From the IMG/VR virus record IMGVR_UViG_3300033407_000007, positions 6,546 through 70,545 of that record: DNA of 64,000 bases; one strand, 5' to 3'. The notes beneath the pieces are model-generated. The model did no database searches, had not been told where the DNA came from, and saw only the letters and a program-made list of their open reading frames with translations. This stretch comes from a virus (Duplodnaviria; Caudoviricetes). Position numbers and translations under genes: made by a program. Each line of letters begins with the position of its first letter. Within the stretch, counting starts at the first letter, position 1. This document shows positions 46,875 through 57,394 of the stretch, piece by piece.

Positions 46875-48044
46875 ATGGCTAAGAAGAAGACGATTACGAG
46901 AGCGTTGAAGAAACAGGCAGCTAAGAGGCGGCAGGAACCAGTATGGGACGGGCCGTGTGACCCTGGACCGCGTGGGGGCGTGACACAATCACTGCTGTCG
47001 GTGTTCCTCTGCTGCCGGGAACGGTTCAGGCTGCGGGTGGTGGAGGGGTTATCACCTCCAGACCAGTTCAACCACCGCATCGAGTACGGGAGCATGTGGC
47101 ACATTTGTGAAGAGGAACACGCAAGACACGGGTTGGAGAAAAAGGTAAAGGGAAGGACTCTAATTTCCGATCACTGGATAGACCCGCTTAGATCTTACGT
47201 CCAAGATCTATGCCGTAAGTACCCGATGAGCCAACAGCATATCGTACACTGGATGCGGGTTTGCATGACCCAGTTCCCGGTCTACATGGACTACTGGGCC
47301 AAGAATGCTGACGAGAAGCGTAGGAAGCCAGTATTGCAAGAGCAGGTATTCCACGTGCCTTATCATCTTCCCTCAGGAAGGAGAGTGTGGCTACGCGGTA
47401 AGTGGGATGGTGTAAGCCAGTATGGTAAGCAGTTCTACATGGACGAGAACAAAACCAAGGGCGACGTCAAGCCGGAGCAGATTCGTCGTCAGATGGATTT
47501 TGACCTACAGACCATGCTATACTTAACGGCTCTAAGGTCGTTAGATGCAAACTGCCCTATAGCGTCTGATAAAGTGGCTGGGGTAAGGTATAATGTTATA
47601 CTACGCCCTTTGAGTGGCGGAAAACACAGTATCCGTCAGCACCAGCCCACTAAAAAGAACCCTAGTGGTGAGAGTGACAGCGAATTCTACGTTAGGTTGG
47701 GAGAGTTGATCTCCAGTGAACCGGACTACTATTTTCATCGTTGGGTCGTTGACATCACGGATAAGGATGTGGAGCGATTTCGTCTACAGTTTCTGACTCC
47801 TATACTAGAGCAGCTATGTGACTGGTGGGAGTGGCTATCCTATTGGAGTAGCAAGTTGGCTACTAATGACATGGGTGTATTGGCAGAATGGTCCGAGTGC
47901 TATGTACACTGGCGGACTCCGTATGGATTCTACAACGTGCTGGGGGAGGGTGGTAGTACGGACATGGATGAGTACCTGGCGACGGGGAGTGAGATCGGGC
48001 TGGAGCGTGGTATACCGTTGTTTAACGAGCTAAAGGAGGAGTAG
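46875..48044 (+). CDS. PD-(D/E)xK exonuclease (RecB/Cas4-like)
   Basis: LRGKWDGV, MDENKTKG, QTMLY; sits before the Sak4-like ATPase. Confidence 0.8.
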   Translation: MAKKKTITRALKKQAAKRRQEPVWDGPCDPGPRGGVTQSLLSVFLCCRERFRLRVVEGLSPPDQFNHRIEYGSMWHICEEEHARHGLEKKVKGRTLISDHWIDPLRSYVQDLCRKYPMSQQHIVHWMRVCMTQFPVYMDYWAKNADEKRRKPVLQEQVFHVPYHLPSGRRVWLRGKWDGVSQYGKQFYMDENKTKGDVKPEQIRRQMDFDLQTMLYLTALRSLDANCPIASDKVAGVRYNVILRPLSGGKHSIRQHQPTKKNPSGESDSEFYVRLGELISSEPDYYFHRWVVDITDKDVERFRLQFLTPILEQLCDWWEWLSYWSSKLATNDMGVLAEWSECYVHWRTPYGFYNVLGEGGSTDMDEYLATGSEIGLERGIPLFNELKEE

Positions 48045-48863
48045 ATGCCTGTAGTTAAGAAACAGACTCAACTGAAGAAGCCAGCCGGTAAGGCTAGAGG
48101 AATCGCCGGCAGAATCAAGCCGGTGGAGTTGCACGGTGGCGTGAAGCTGTTGGTGTATGGCAAGGGTAAAACCGGCAAGACCAGGTTCGCCAGTACGTTC
48201 CCTAAGAAGGTGCTGATCGCTGGGACAGAGGATGGCACTCGTAGTGTGGTCAACGTGAAAGGAGTAGATTTTGTACTACTCAAGTCAAGTCAGGACATGG
48301 AGGATGTGATCGATCTGGCCAGAGACGGCGGGTACAGTACATTGTGCCTGGACCACGCCGGAGGCTTGCAGGATCTGATCCTGAAGGAGATCCTGGGGCT
48401 AGAGGACATGCCCGTGCAGAAGTCATGGGGCATTGCCAAGCAGCAGGATTGGGGCACGTCGTCTATGCAGACCAAGGAGAGGCTGCGCCACCTACTGGAT
48501 CTGGCAGACACCCACGAAACCAACGTGGTGATAATCGCCCACGAGCGTAACTTCAATGATAACGAGGAGTCTGACCTAATCTTCCCAACGGTGGGCGCGG
48601 CACTGACTCCCAGCGTGGCTGGGTGGCTCAACGGCGCAGTAGAATATATCTGCCAGACGTTCATACGTGAGGAGACCAAGGAGGTGTCGATGGTCAAGGG
48701 CAAGACTACCCAGAAGAAGACCGGCAAGGTGGAGTATTGCCTACGCATTGGACCCCACCCGGTCTACATGACCGGGTTCCGCGTACCGATGGGGGTGGAG
48801 ATCCCGGACTCGGTATCTGACCCGTCTTACGAGAAGATCCGCAAACTAATCGAGGGTAAGTAA
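48045..48863 (+). CDS. AAA_24/Sak4-like ATPase
   Basis: [11 protein letters not shown] Walker A; TLCLD; VVIIAHE. Confidence 0.8.
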   Translation: MPVVKKQTQLKKPAGKARGIAGRIKPVELHGGVKLLVYGKGKTGKTRFASTFPKKVLIAGTEDGTRSVVNVKGVDFVLLKSSQDMEDVIDLARDGGYSTLCLDHAGGLQDLILKEILGLEDMPVQKSWGIAKQQDWGTSSMQTKERLRHLLDLADTHETNVVIIAHERNFNDNEESDLIFPTVGAALTPSVAGWLNGAVEYICQTFIREETKEVSMVKGKTTQKKTGKVEYCLRIGPHPVYMTGFRVPMGVEIPDSVSDPSYEKIRKLIEGK

Positions 48864-48882
48864 AGCAATCAAGGAGGTTATC

Positions 48883-49086
48883 ATGCTGGTACTGAGTAGG
48901 AAGAAGAACGAGTCGATAGTAATCGGTGAGGATGTCATGATCTATGTCGTTGAGATCCTGGGGGACAAGGTCCGCATCGGGGTAGAAGCCCCTAAGGAGG
49001 TATCGGTTCACCGTCGGGAGGTATCGGTTCACCGTCGGGAGGTATTCGACGCGATACGCCGTAACCGCGAGCACGTGGGGGAGTAG
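48883..49086 (+). CDS. csrA: carbon storage regulator CsrA homolog
   Basis: [15 protein letters not shown]...[17 protein letters not shown]. Confidence 0.95.
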   Translation: MLVLSRKKNESIVIGEDVMIYVVEILGDKVRIGVEAPKEVSVHRREVSVHRREVFDAIRRNREHVGE

Positions 49087-49148
49087 TCACCCGCCTAGGG
49101 TATAATAGGGTTAGTACGTACTGCAACTTAACACAGGAGTAACTACAG

Positions 49149-50390
49149 ATGGCAAAGAAACAGAGTGCCTTGGCTGGACGGCTTGGAAAAGCATTGAAGA
49201 AGCACGCCAACGATGAGACTAACTACGGGGTCGACCTGACTGATCCACCTCCGGGTATTACTGGAGGGATAGCGCAGCTCACGTCTGCCACTATCGGCGA
49301 GTACAAGAGCGGCAAGTACCAGGGCGAAAAGTTCTGCCGTATGGCGGGTAGCATCATCAGCCCTAAGAAGCACACGTACAGTCCACGGACGTTCTCCAGC
49401 GGTAAGATCGTCGTCGGCGAACCTACGACTGTGGACGTGGCTGGGCTGTTTACCTCAATCATGATCCCGCTATGCGACACGGTCAAGGGCGACGGTACCG
49501 TGGTGGACATGGAAGAGCACGTGGCCGCCGTAGAAAACGAGCTGCGCAAGCTGGGTGCGGACACGTCTGAGCTGGAAAGCGAGGAGGACCTGGTTGCCCT
49601 GCTGGAGGCACTAGTAGAAGCCGGTCCCTACTTTCGCTTCGGCACCAGTAGCGGTGACCCCACCAAGGACTACCCAACGCCTCGTACGTGGCAGAACTGG
49701 TATGGCAGTAAGGGCCTGGAGGACTATACGACCGAGGATATGGAAGACGAGGTGGAAGATGCCACGGAGGAAGAAGAGGATGACATCCCTTTTGACGATG
49801 CAGAGGAATCTGTTACTGAGGAGGAAGAGGACGAAGGCCAGACGCTGGAGGAACTGGCTGATGCAGCAGATGGCGGGGATGAGGCTGCCCAAATTGAGAT
49901 AGCCAATCGCGCCAAGGGCTGCGGTGTTGACCCGGAAGACGAGCGGTATGCTACCTGGACTGCCGTGGCCACTGCCATTGAGGGAGGTGGCGACCCAGAG
50001 GCTAGCGAAGAAGAAGAGGATGAGTCTGACGATCCGGATGTGATCGCTTTAGGCAACGCCGCTGACAAGGGTGATGAAGATGCCATCGATCAGCTTACGT
50101 CGCTGGCTGAGGAGCAGGGCCTCGACCCCAATGACTACCCAGATAGTTGGCTGTCCATGGCAGAGACTATGACTGGTGACGCCGAAGAGAAGGAGGCTGG
50201 GGAAGAAGAGGAAGAAGACGTGTACGTGCCAGAGAAAGGAGACACGATCCTCTATAAACCTAAAGGTGCTCGCAAGTCCATTGAGTGCAACGTGCTAACT
50301 GTCAATAATAGTGACAGCACTAGTACGATCCAATCACTGGATGATGGCAAGAAATACAGCAACGTGCCTTGGTCCGCGTTTGTTATCTGA
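49149..50390 (+). CDS. SSB-like protein with long acidic repeated C-terminus
   Basis: Exo-Sak4-SSB synteny; D/E-rich half with duplicated L..AAD.GDE.A unit; terminal SH3-like segment. Confidence 0.55.
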   Translation: MAKKQSALAGRLGKALKKHANDETNYGVDLTDPPPGITGGIAQLTSATIGEYKSGKYQGEKFCRMAGSIISPKKHTYSPRTFSSGKIVVGEPTTVDVAGLFTSIMIPLCDTVKGDGTVVDMEEHVAAVENELRKLGADTSELESEEDLVALLEALVEAGPYFRFGTSSGDPTKDYPTPRTWQNWYGSKGLEDYTTEDMEDEVEDATEEEEDDIPFDDAEESVTEEEEDEGQTLEELADAADGGDEAAQIEIANRAKGCGVDPEDERYATWTAVATAIEGGGDPEASEEEEDESDDPDVIALGNAADKGDEDAIDQLTSLAEEQGLDPNDYPDSWLSMAETMTGDAEEKEAGEEEEEDVYVPEKGDTILYKPKGARKSIECNVLTVNNSDSTSTIQSLDDGKKYSNVPWSAFVI

Positions 50391-50663
50391 TGCTTATAGT
50401 CTACTTTGTCGTGGTGATTAATTACCGATGAAATTAATCACCGATGGTATGGGAATAGCATCAAGGTGTGCCATACCCCTGAAAGAACGCCCAGGCGTTC
50501 CACGAATGAATGCTATACGACAGAGTAGACTAATAATGTCCCCCAGGCATCGCAAACTGTGGCACCCGCTGGAGGCGTTAGGTGGTGGGCTGGGTAACGA
50601 TACCCTCGTAATAGCGCGTGCTATACCAGCCCACCACTACTTTTACTCTATAGGAGCGAATCA

Positions 50664-50849
50664 ATGGAGATCAGACTGGTGGTTGAGATGGACGAAAAGG
50701 AAGTCAAGGATGCAATTATGATTGCTGCAAAAGTCAAGGCAACTGCTGCAAAAGTCAAGGCAGGAGACCCTAAGGGCGGATCGTCTATTCACTTTGTGTA
50801 TGACGGCGACGAAATAGCAAGCGCTATCGTTACATTCCAGTATCAATAG
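50664..50849 (+). CDS. small hypothetical protein
   Basis: AGGAG RBS; contains tandem duplications. Confidence 0.5.
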   Translation: MEIRLVVEMDEKEVKDAIMIAAKVKATAAKVKAGDPKGGSSIHFVYDGDEIASAIVTFQYQ

Positions 50850-50986
50850 CAAGCGCTATCGTTACATTCCAGTATCAGAAGAACTGATCGTGCCAAGAGT
50901 ACCTAAGACTAAGTGTCTGGCGTGCGGCGGTACTGGTGTCAGTAGTAAGGACGCAACATGCCCGTGCAGAATAATAAGAAGAATCG

Positions 50987-51547
50987 ATGGTCAAGGATCT
51001 AAGCAAGGTACTGCGGCGGGTAAAACGTCTGAACGATTCGTGGCAGAGAAGGCCAGAGATTCTGTTGTGCGGAAACGTACCAAAGCCGATGCACGGACTA
51101 GCCCCAAGGATCGTGCTGGGAGCTAAGTGGTGGAATCAGACGCGGCAGGCAGCGTACCGCAGCACGTTATGGCACTGTGTGGCCTGCGGAGTACCTAATC
51201 GCATCGCTAGGTTTCGGCAGTGGTTGGAGGGGCACGAGTTATACGAAGTAGATTATCCAGCAGGGCGTTTATACTACGTGGAAACCGTGCCCCTCTGCCA
51301 CTGCTGTCACAATTACGTACATGACGGCAGGCTTTGTAGCCTATTGAAAAAGGACCAGGTTAGTTGCCAGAAGTACGTAGCTATAATACAGCATGGTGAT
51401 GCGGTGCTAGCCCAGGCCGGGCTGAGTAAACCAGAACCATATCATGGTCCATTTGCCGAGTGGAGTAGTTGGCGGCTGGTATTACTCGGTAAGAAGTATC
51501 CGCCGATTTACAAAACCTATGAAGAATGGGAGCGAGCACATGGGTAG
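50987..51547 (+). CDS. HNH-like/zinc-finger nuclease
   Basis: CVACG...LEGHE...PLCHCCHNYVH. Confidence 0.65.
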   Translation: MVKDLSKVLRRVKRLNDSWQRRPEILLCGNVPKPMHGLAPRIVLGAKWWNQTRQAAYRSTLWHCVACGVPNRIARFRQWLEGHELYEVDYPAGRLYYVETVPLCHCCHNYVHDGRLCSLLKKDQVSCQKYVAIIQHGDAVLAQAGLSKPEPYHGPFAEWSSWRLVLLGKKYPPIYKTYEEWERAHG

Positions 51548-51764
51548 CGATACACGTACAGAACGAGTGTTTAATCTACATGATCATGCTAGGCTACCTA
51601 GCGGGACGGTGTGTGTAGTGTGGGGCTACGAGTGGAGTGACGGTAATAACACGGCTGGTAAACCGCGTATCAGATACCATGGGTGGTTCTACCATATCCG
51701 TGAAGAAGGCAGCGGCGATGAGTCCATTGTGCCAGAAGATACGCTGAAACGGGTGATAGAATAG
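51540..51764 (+). CDS. small hypothetical protein
   Basis: Overlap-coupled with both neighbours. Confidence 0.5.
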   Translation: MGSDTRTERVFNLHDHARLPSGTVCVVWGYEWSDGNNTAGKPRIRYHGWFYHIREEGSGDESIVPEDTLKRVIE

Positions 51765-53917
51765 TGCGTATCTCGCTAGATACTGAAACTACCGGACTGG
51801 ACCTTAGGCATGGGGCCAGACCGTTCCTGGTTACTACTGCATTTGAGGAGGATAGCCAGGTTTACACGGACTATTGGGGACAGTGGCCAGTCGATCCTTA
51901 CACCCGCAAGGTGCGAGCCAGGTGTAGTGACCTGGTCAAGATCCAGAGGTGGATGGACGATGCTACAGAGTACGTGTTCCAAAATCCCAAGTTTGACTTG
52001 ACCGCGTTGTCTCTGCTGTTTGCTGACTACGGCATGACGTTCCGCTGGGACTGGAGTAAGGTACGTGATACTCTATTGGCCGGTCACTTACTGAAGAGCA
52101 ATCAGCCTCATGACCTAACTACCATGACACTGGTGTACCTAGGGATCAACGTGCAGCCCTATGAGGACGAGATCAAGCGATGCACGGTAGAGTGCCGGCG
52201 CATGGCCCAGGGCCGTAACCCACAGTACAACTGGCGTATTGCCAAGGAGGACAGCCCAAAAGACCCTAGACCAGAAATGCCTAGTGCCAAGGGTGAAACG
52301 TGGAAGAACGACATGTGGCTGCCCAGCTATGTGGCCAAAGTAATGGACTACCACCAAGATCACGAGTACCGCATCGCCTGTGTGGACTATAGCGTCAGTG
52401 ACAGTGACAGCACCTATAGGCTCTACGGTCATATGGAGCAGTTGCTGAAGGAACGAGGTTTGTGGTGTATCTACCAGGAGCGGCTCAAGCTGCTGCCTGT
52501 AGTCTATCAGATGGAGCAGTACGGCGTAACAGTCAACAAGGCCCGCTTGCGCAAGCTGCGGGACGAGTACCTGGCTGAGTCTGGCAAGGCTGGCAGTACG
52601 TGCTTGCGAATAGCCAAGGATTATGACTACAACCTACAACTGCCTAAGAGTGGGCGTAACGGCTCACTGACCAAGTTTGTTTTCGGTAGTCAGTACCTAG
52701 GTCTGGAGCCGTACGAAACCAGCGACAAGACCGGTGATCCCAGCCTCAACAAGCGGTGTAAGGAGCACTACGAGGTGGCACTAGACGAGGGATCACCGGC
52801 CTACGAGTTTATCACTAACCTAGGAGCCAAAACTAAACGGGATACTGCTCTGGGGTACATGGCAAGCTACGAGCGGTACTGGTTGCCCATGTCATTCCCT
52901 GATGGTGTAGAGTTCAATGTACTAGAGATGGCCAATGGCAAACCAGGTATTCACACTAGAATACGCCAAAGTGATACTTGGTTTAGACTACACCCCAGCC
53001 TGAACGCTACGGGTACGGATACCCTAAGATGGAGTAGCAGCAACCCGAACGAGCAGAACATCAGCAAGAAGGAGGGATTCAACCTGCGGTATGGGTTTGG
53101 TCCTGCTCCTGGTAGAGAGTGGTGGAGCGGTGATGCCAAGAACATCGAGCTGCGCATACCGGCCTACGAGAGCGAGCAGCAGGAGCTGATCGAGCTGTTT
53201 GAGCACCCAGACACGCCGCCGTACTACGGCAGCACGCATCTACTGAACTTTCACACGGTCTACCCTGACATCTGGGACGCCGCCCTGAAGAAAGTAGGAC
53301 TAGAGAAGGTAGGCCCGTACTGTAAGAATATCTACGCCAGTAGTTGGTATCAGTACTGTAAGAATGGTGGATTTGCGGTACAGTACGGCGCCATAGAGAT
53401 TGAGGGTAAGGAAGGCACGGCCGACAAGGCGTTTCACCGGCTAGGCAGCCACGCTAAGCTTAAGGCTAGGTTTGACAAGCTGGAGGCATTGAACAACGGC
53501 TGGATAGCAGTGGCCAACGACTGTGGCTACGTCGAAACTTTGCCAGACAAAACAGTAGACCCTGACCGTGGCTACCCTATCTGGTGCAGCCGTAGCCGAC
53601 ACGGACACGTCAAGCCCACCATCCCGCTGAACTACCACGTGCAGTCCACGGCGATGTGGTGGATGATGAAGGCCATGATCCGAGTGCAAGCGTACCTGGA
53701 CGATCTAAACGCCGTTGAGCCCAAGTACTTCATGGTCTGTCAAGTTCATGATGAACTCGTATTCGACTTCCCATACAGACCCAACAAAGGAAATATGCCT
53801 AAGATTAGGAAGCTTAGAAGACTGATGGAGCAAGGCGGAGACGATATCGGACTACCGACCCCAGTAGCATTCACCTATCATCCAGAAACATGGGCAACTG
53901 GAGAGTCAATACTATGA
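51764..53917 (+). CDS. family A DNA polymerase with 3'-5' exonuclease
   Basis: SLDTETTG; QNPKFD; TLRWSSSNPNEQN; SGDAKNIELR (motif A); KNGGFAVQYG (B); QVHDEL (C). Confidence 0.93.
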   Translation: MRISLDTETTGLDLRHGARPFLVTTAFEEDSQVYTDYWGQWPVDPYTRKVRARCSDLVKIQRWMDDATEYVFQNPKFDLTALSLLFADYGMTFRWDWSKVRDTLLAGHLLKSNQPHDLTTMTLVYLGINVQPYEDEIKRCTVECRRMAQGRNPQYNWRIAKEDSPKDPRPEMPSAKGETWKNDMWLPSYVAKVMDYHQDHEYRIACVDYSVSDSDSTYRLYGHMEQLLKERGLWCIYQERLKLLPVVYQMEQYGVTVNKARLRKLRDEYLAESGKAGSTCLRIAKDYDYNLQLPKSGRNGSLTKFVFGSQYLGLEPYETSDKTGDPSLNKRCKEHYEVALDEGSPAYEFITNLGAKTKRDTALGYMASYERYWLPMSFPDGVEFNVLEMANGKPGIHTRIRQSDTWFRLHPSLNATGTDTLRWSSSNPNEQNISKKEGFNLRYGFGPAPGREWWSGDAKNIELRIPAYESEQQELIELFEHPDTPPYYGSTHLLNFHTVYPDIWDAALKKVGLEKVGPYCKNIYASSWYQYCKNGGFAVQYGAIEIEGKEGTADKAFHRLGSHAKLKARFDKLEALNNGWIAVANDCGYVETLPDKTVDPDRGYPIWCSRSRHGHVKPTIPLNYHVQSTAMWWMMKAMIRVQAYLDDLNAVEPKYFMVCQVHDELVFDFPYRPNKGNMPKIRKLRRLMEQGGDDIGLPTPVAFTYHPETWATGESIL

Positions 53918-53949
53918 GCCTAACTGGTAGATTGGAGTGAAGTAGTCAA

Positions 53950-54360
53950 ATGCCAAAATTACCGACTAGTAAATTCAACATACCGATTAAGTTGTGCCAT
54001 GGTAAAGGTCCAGCATATAGTCGAGACGGTATGTGGGTTGAATGCACCTACCACAAAGCATCCACTGTTGTTGTGTGTTGTATTCAAGTGGACTATTGCG
54101 GATGTCAAAGAGGGGTACACCTGGAGATTAAATGGCTGGATCATAAAGGCGTGTACTTGTTAGATGGTTATTCAGAACCATCCATGTCGCCTACCAAGAG
54201 TATGCAGTGCAATGTAATGGCTTATGCTGATACGTTTGAACAATCCATAACAGATGGCAAGGCGTATGTGGTCAAGGCGCTGGAGTTTGTTACAACGAAG
54301 ATCAGGCAAGAGATAACTAGGCTGCATAAAGACCTGAACAAACTGGAGAACTACAGATGA
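53950..54360 (+). CDS. hypothetical protein
   Basis: 136 aa ORF, AT-richer. Confidence 0.5.
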   Translation: MPKLPTSKFNIPIKLCHGKGPAYSRDGMWVECTYHKASTVVVCCIQVDYCGCQRGVHLEIKWLDHKGVYLLDGYSEPSMSPTKSMQCNVMAYADTFEQSITDGKAYVVKALEFVTTKIRQEITRLHKDLNKLENYR

Positions 54361-55493
54361 AAATCTTAGAAGTAGCTAAGCTGTCGCCACAGGAACGGTT
54401 CCTATACTGGATTAAGGAGCGTGAGTCTATACGCTTGAAGAAAGAGGCTGGTAAACCTAAGCCATGGACTGATGATGAGATATTGCAGCTGTATAGGTTC
54501 TGCAATGTACGTCGCATGGACGACCGCGTCAGCCAGTGGTTGCTACACAACTGGTATGAGCCTAACTATGACCACGAAAACATGGTAGTGGCTTGCGTGT
54601 TGGCTAGACACTTCAATACCGAGGGTGCGTGTAAGTGTTTACACTTCCCCTCTGTATGGGCTCCCAAGGTTTTAATGAGTAGGTTGTCTAAGTACAAAGC
54701 ACAGGGGCATAACTTGTTCAATGCAGCCTACACTATCCACGCTAGCAAGGACTTCCCAAATAAATCCCGGATGGTGATCATGCAAACGTGTCAGCAATTC
54801 GTTGATGCACCCATTGTCCCGCATGATTACGATACTATGGAGAGATTCGTAATTGACTTGCAAAGGTACAAGAGCATCGGTAGTTTTATGGCTGGACAAA
54901 TTGCAGCGGATTTGAGATGGTCTACTAGTTGCCGTTGGAGCGATATTGGATCATGGGCACCGTTAGGGCCAGGTTCAAGCAGGGGGATCAATAGGTTGCT
55001 CGGATTGCGTACTGAGTCTAAGATCAACCAACATGTCTTTAATGACCACATGGACAAAGTTATCAGCTTATGTGCATGCCGCTTACAGTCTATAACTAGC
55101 AGATTGGAAGCAATCGATATACAAAATTGCTTGTGTGAGTTCGATAAGTATTGTAGGGCACTGTTAGGCGACGGCAAACCGAAACAATACTATGACGGGG
55201 TGGGTGTAATTGAGCTACGTAAGCCTCAACGTATGATATTACAATCGCTGTTAAGGTCTCGCAATGCGCTGTCAAGAAATCAGATTGCTGAAAGATCGGG
55301 CGTTGATCCTACGAAGATAGGTGATTATGCTGGGCCACGGCCCTACAATCAAGCTGACAAAGCTGTTAAGCGATGGAACTTTCCGGCTTTAGATACGCTA
55401 GGGATGGTTGCCATTAAGCAGCACGATGTTGGTGGAAGGGATTTAATGTTGTACACAATAACCCCACTAGGTGTAAGTACCCTAAAGGAGTAA
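54357..55493 (+). CDS. alpha-glutamyl/putrescinyl-thymine pyrophosphorylase (clade 1-like) with C-terminal HTH
   Basis: ERESIR...KPWTDDEIL..YRFCNVRR.DDRV; IQNCLCEFDKYCR; extension LSRNQIAERSGVD. Confidence 0.85.
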   Translation: MKILEVAKLSPQERFLYWIKERESIRLKKEAGKPKPWTDDEILQLYRFCNVRRMDDRVSQWLLHNWYEPNYDHENMVVACVLARHFNTEGACKCLHFPSVWAPKVLMSRLSKYKAQGHNLFNAAYTIHASKDFPNKSRMVIMQTCQQFVDAPIVPHDYDTMERFVIDLQRYKSIGSFMAGQIAADLRWSTSCRWSDIGSWAPLGPGSSRGINRLLGLRTESKINQHVFNDHMDKVISLCACRLQSITSRLEAIDIQNCLCEFDKYCRALLGDGKPKQYYDGVGVIELRKPQRMILQSLLRSRNALSRNQIAERSGVDPTKIGDYAGPRPYNQADKAVKRWNFPALDTLGMVAIKQHDVGGRDLMLYTITPLGVSTLKE

Positions 55494-55497
55494 GATA

Positions 55498-56646
55498 ATG
55501 CCAAAAGTGCCTAAGAAGCATGTACCAAAAGTGCCTAAGAAGCATGTACCAAGTAGTGCAAAACGCTCATTGATATACCCAGAAGTTAGCGTCAGTATTT
55601 GCACTGGTCATGACTCGCTAACATGCGACCAAGCTGTGCAATTGATGGGGTGGGTTTCTGAGAGTACATCAGTAAAATTTCACGATGACTACTTGTTTAA
55701 GGACGATAACGGTGCGAAAGTGCGATGCACAAACAACTGCAAGAATAGGCCATTCGATGAATCGTGGGCTAGGTCTATCGCTCAAGATATACTCAATAAA
55801 CAGTGGAAGCTGAACTTGGAAACTGTCATCATAGGAAGTACAGGTCAAGTTCTCAGTGGTCAACACAGGTTGTGCGCTCTGATACTAGCATGCCAAATGT
55901 GGGCAAAACATGACTATTGGCACGAGACGTGGGATGGTGAGCCTACTATTGATACGTTGGTGGCGTTTGGCGGTGATGAAAGCGAGGAATTTACCAGGAC
56001 ATTGGATAATGTCAAGCCGCGTACACTAGCTGACGTATTATTTACGTCTGGTATGTTTTCCCATCACAGGCCTAAGGATCGTAAGCATGTTACTAGGATG
56101 CTGGACTACGCAATTAGATTGCTGTGGGAACGTACTGGAGCATCCAATAACGCATTCTTGCCGCGCAGAACCCACAGCGAGGCTTTAGAGTTCATTAGCA
56201 ACCACCCGTCAATCGTAAAGTATGTTAACCACATTTACGAAGAAGACGCCCGAGGTTCACTAAAGAAACTAATGAGTCTTGGGTACTCATCAGGGTTGAT
56301 GTACCTAATGGCTGTTTCTGCCAGTGATTATGGGTTATACGCAGATGGTGGTAGGTGTGAGAATGCATTAGATATGGAGTACGAAGAAATGTCCTATGCA
56401 TTCTGGACAGAGTTGGCTGTAGGCAATTCGCTAAATGCTGTAAAAATTGCATTCACCGCCAGTGACGAGAATGACGAGTTAATACGAGTTGACGAGAAGA
56501 TTGCGATGGTATGTAAGGCATGGAATGCGTTTAAGGTGGGTGAGATTGTTGACGATGCTACAGTAACACTCAAGTACTCCATGGATGATGCAGGATACCC
56601 TTACTTGGATGAGCATCCTAACGTAGGGGGCATTGATGTTAACTAG
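55498..56646 (+). CDS. ParB/Srx-like (xGQHR) domain protein, paralog 2
   Basis: NRPFD...QWKLNLETVII...LSGQHRLCAL; co-linear with 43037-44578. Confidence 0.75.
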   Translation: MPKVPKKHVPKVPKKHVPSSAKRSLIYPEVSVSICTGHDSLTCDQAVQLMGWVSESTSVKFHDDYLFKDDNGAKVRCTNNCKNRPFDESWARSIAQDILNKQWKLNLETVIIGSTGQVLSGQHRLCALILACQMWAKHDYWHETWDGEPTIDTLVAFGGDESEEFTRTLDNVKPRTLADVLFTSGMFSHHRPKDRKHVTRMLDYAIRLLWERTGASNNAFLPRRTHSEALEFISNHPSIVKYVNHIYEEDARGSLKKLMSLGYSSGLMYLMAVSASDYGLYADGGRCENALDMEYEEMSYAFWTELAVGNSLNAVKIAFTASDENDELIRVDEKIAMVCKAWNAFKVGEIVDDATVTLKYSMDDAGYPYLDEHPNVGGIDVN

Positions 56647-57394
56647 ATCATATAGGGAGGTTAGCTCAAGGGCATGCAAGAGACTGGTTTTAGATCACCA
56701 CTACAGCGGAAGAATGCCCTCTAATATCCAATTGTGCTACGCTGACACTACGTCACCACCTTTGACAGTATTGGCGTGTGCATTATTCTCCATAGCTGCT
56801 GGTCGGTGGGAAGCGTCGAACCTATGGGAATTGACCAGATTGGTCAGACTGGATGACTACGACACCCAGCTAACAAGGTTGATTGGAAAATCAATCGGCT
56901 ACATTAGATCGCGCAAGTTAACTGACTTAGTGTTATCGTTTGCAGATCTGGAGGAAGATCACCATGGTGGAATTTACCAGGCATCATCTTGGATCTATAG
57001 TGGTCCAACTGGATCTAGATTAGATGGGTTCAACGTAGACGGCGTATTTGTGCCAGCCAGGACGTGTAACGTGCGATACGGCACTAGTAGCGTGGATGGC
57101 GTAATCAGTGCTGTACCAGATTCGCTTGTTGAACCGCACTATGATCAAGGTAAGCACCTCTATTGGAAGCCTCTGAATAGGGTTGGAATGCAACAGGCAA
57201 TGCGTATGGGGCTAAAGAGCTTGCCATACCCTAAGCCGATGCTAATAAACGGGGTGCCTACCAATCGCAGCCAATCTGAGTTCATGGCCAAAGGCAAGGT
57301 AAATTTAACCGCCAGCACCCATACCATAAACCACGCCGATGCAAAGCCCCTGCAACTTGGAAAAGTAATGGCGCACAAAAAAGGCCCCAGGTAA
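56633..57394 (+). CDS. Mom-like GNAT DNA-modification protein
   Basis: HHYSGR, WELTRL, SFAD...HHGGIYQASSWIYSG. Confidence 0.8.
   Translation: MMLTRSYREVSSRACKRLVLDHHYSGRMPSNIQLCYADTTSPPLTVLACALFSIAAGRWEASNLWELTRLVRLDDYDTQLTRLIGKSIGYIRSRKLTDLVLSFADLEEDHHGGIYQASSWIYSGPTGSRLDGFNVDGVFVPARTCNVRYGTSSVDGVISAVPDSLVEPHYDQGKHLYWKPLNRVGMQQAMRMGLKSLPYPKPMLINGVPTNRSQSEFMAKGKVNLTASTHTINHADAKPLQLGKVMAHKKGPR

Noticed and set aside
46875-48044. Cas4 as part of a CRISPR system
   Set aside because: The context is a phage exonuclease-Sak4-SSB recombination module
50428-50721. 97-aa ORF
   Set aside because: Starts within a duplicated/inverted repeat, overlaps the better-supported 50664 gene and has no recognisable features
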